Shown here in pieces: positions 63,131 to 64,000 of a stretch of DNA of 64,000 nt. The notes below the pieces were generated by a model. The model searched no databases. It was given only the letters and a program-made list of their open reading frames with translations, and was not told the DNA's origin. The position numbers and the translations under genes are program-made. Position 1 is the stretch's first letter. Each line of letters begins with the position of its first letter. This DNA comes from Octopus bimaculoides (Eukaryota), in assembly GCF_001194135.2 (NCBI RefSeq), contig NC_068997.1, positions 47,762,988-47,826,987 on the forward strand. Direction: 5' to 3'.

Positions 63131-64000
63131 AACATCAGCCAGAAGGAAATAAAAGAGATAGACATCTTAAACCAATCACGGGAGCTTTATTAGCTGCAAT
63201 AAAGACCTAGAAAAAAAAAGTCAATTGCACAGTGGGAATGGCATCAGGTGCATTCAGTGAGTGGTTACAATCTAGAACAAGAAAATAAAATTACTTCAAA
63301 TGCAGTTCTATAATGTGCTTTTCACTGTAGCTGAGAAATACAGCACCTGAAAACCAGTCAAGAAAAATAATTGGACATTGTTGATAGATGCATCCAGGAA
63401 ATATTAGACATCAAGTGGAATGTCTATCAGCAACAAAGAGGCCAAAGAGCAAAACAGTCCATTGTCCACGAACTACAGGCACTGACTGTTGTCTGGGATA
63501 GGTCATAAGGGCACTGATGAATAGGCTTGTCAACCAAGTCTAGAACCCTCTGGTGACAGCCCAAGATGATGTAACCCTGATTGTAAGTTTATCAGCTGAA
63601 GGTCTTGGTCAGTGGAGTAATGCACTGAAGATGGCTACTGATTGGATCTTGGTGTACTTTGACTGCAGTATGCATTACCCAACTTACATAAACTTAGGTG
63701 ATCTTAGTGGAAGGGAATATGTAATTATACATAGTGTATGTGTAGTAAAGAGATGGATGTAAAAGACAAATGTGAAGGGTTGTCTATGGAAGTCCTGCTT
63801 ATTGAACCATAAGAGACCAACATTCAATCACTAAACAACACATCCACTCAACTTCTGTGCATAGCCTTTAATACTTTTTATACCTACCATACGTCAAATA
63901 AGTCATTATATGGATTAGTATCAACCATCAGCCAGGCAAAGATAGCTAAAACTTACAGGCCCCAATTTGTTGAACAGATTAATTACCCTGTCTGTGTGCT

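Overview
AT-rich, repeat-dense animal genomic DNA with assembly gaps. The SINE, RTE, maT and microsatellite content points to an octopus/coleoid cephalopod genome (inference). The only intact gene is the 5' part of an unconventional myosin, most like class XV, on the minus strand: join(20597..20658, 20425..20488, 18069..18178, 16579..16653, 10138..10338, 6221..6284, 4894..5007) = 690 nt / 230 aa. All six introns are GT-AG with consistent phases, and the P-loop GESGSGKT and switch-[10 protein letters not shown] are intact. The gene continues beyond the left edge or in the 2866-3613 gap. The rest is layered transposon debris: pogo, mariner, maT, rosa-like, piggyBac- and hAT-type MITEs, RTE/RTE-X/CR1/L1-like LINEs, Gypsy, Penelope-like elements and several SINE families. 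There is also one frameshifted ankyrin exon and a possible GPCR pseudogene fragment. The most unusual content is self-cleaving-ribozyme motifs from several families: an intact type I hammerhead downstream of a Penelope GIY-YIG domain (47690-47779); a 274-bp TSD-flanked fold-back insertion with a hammerhead at the apex of a 71-bp stem (43328-43601, with a deleted sibling at 45703-45860); tandem variant-core hammerheads (54083-54413); and a decayed HDV-like motif (40848-40980). All alignments were done by eye; no database searches were run.
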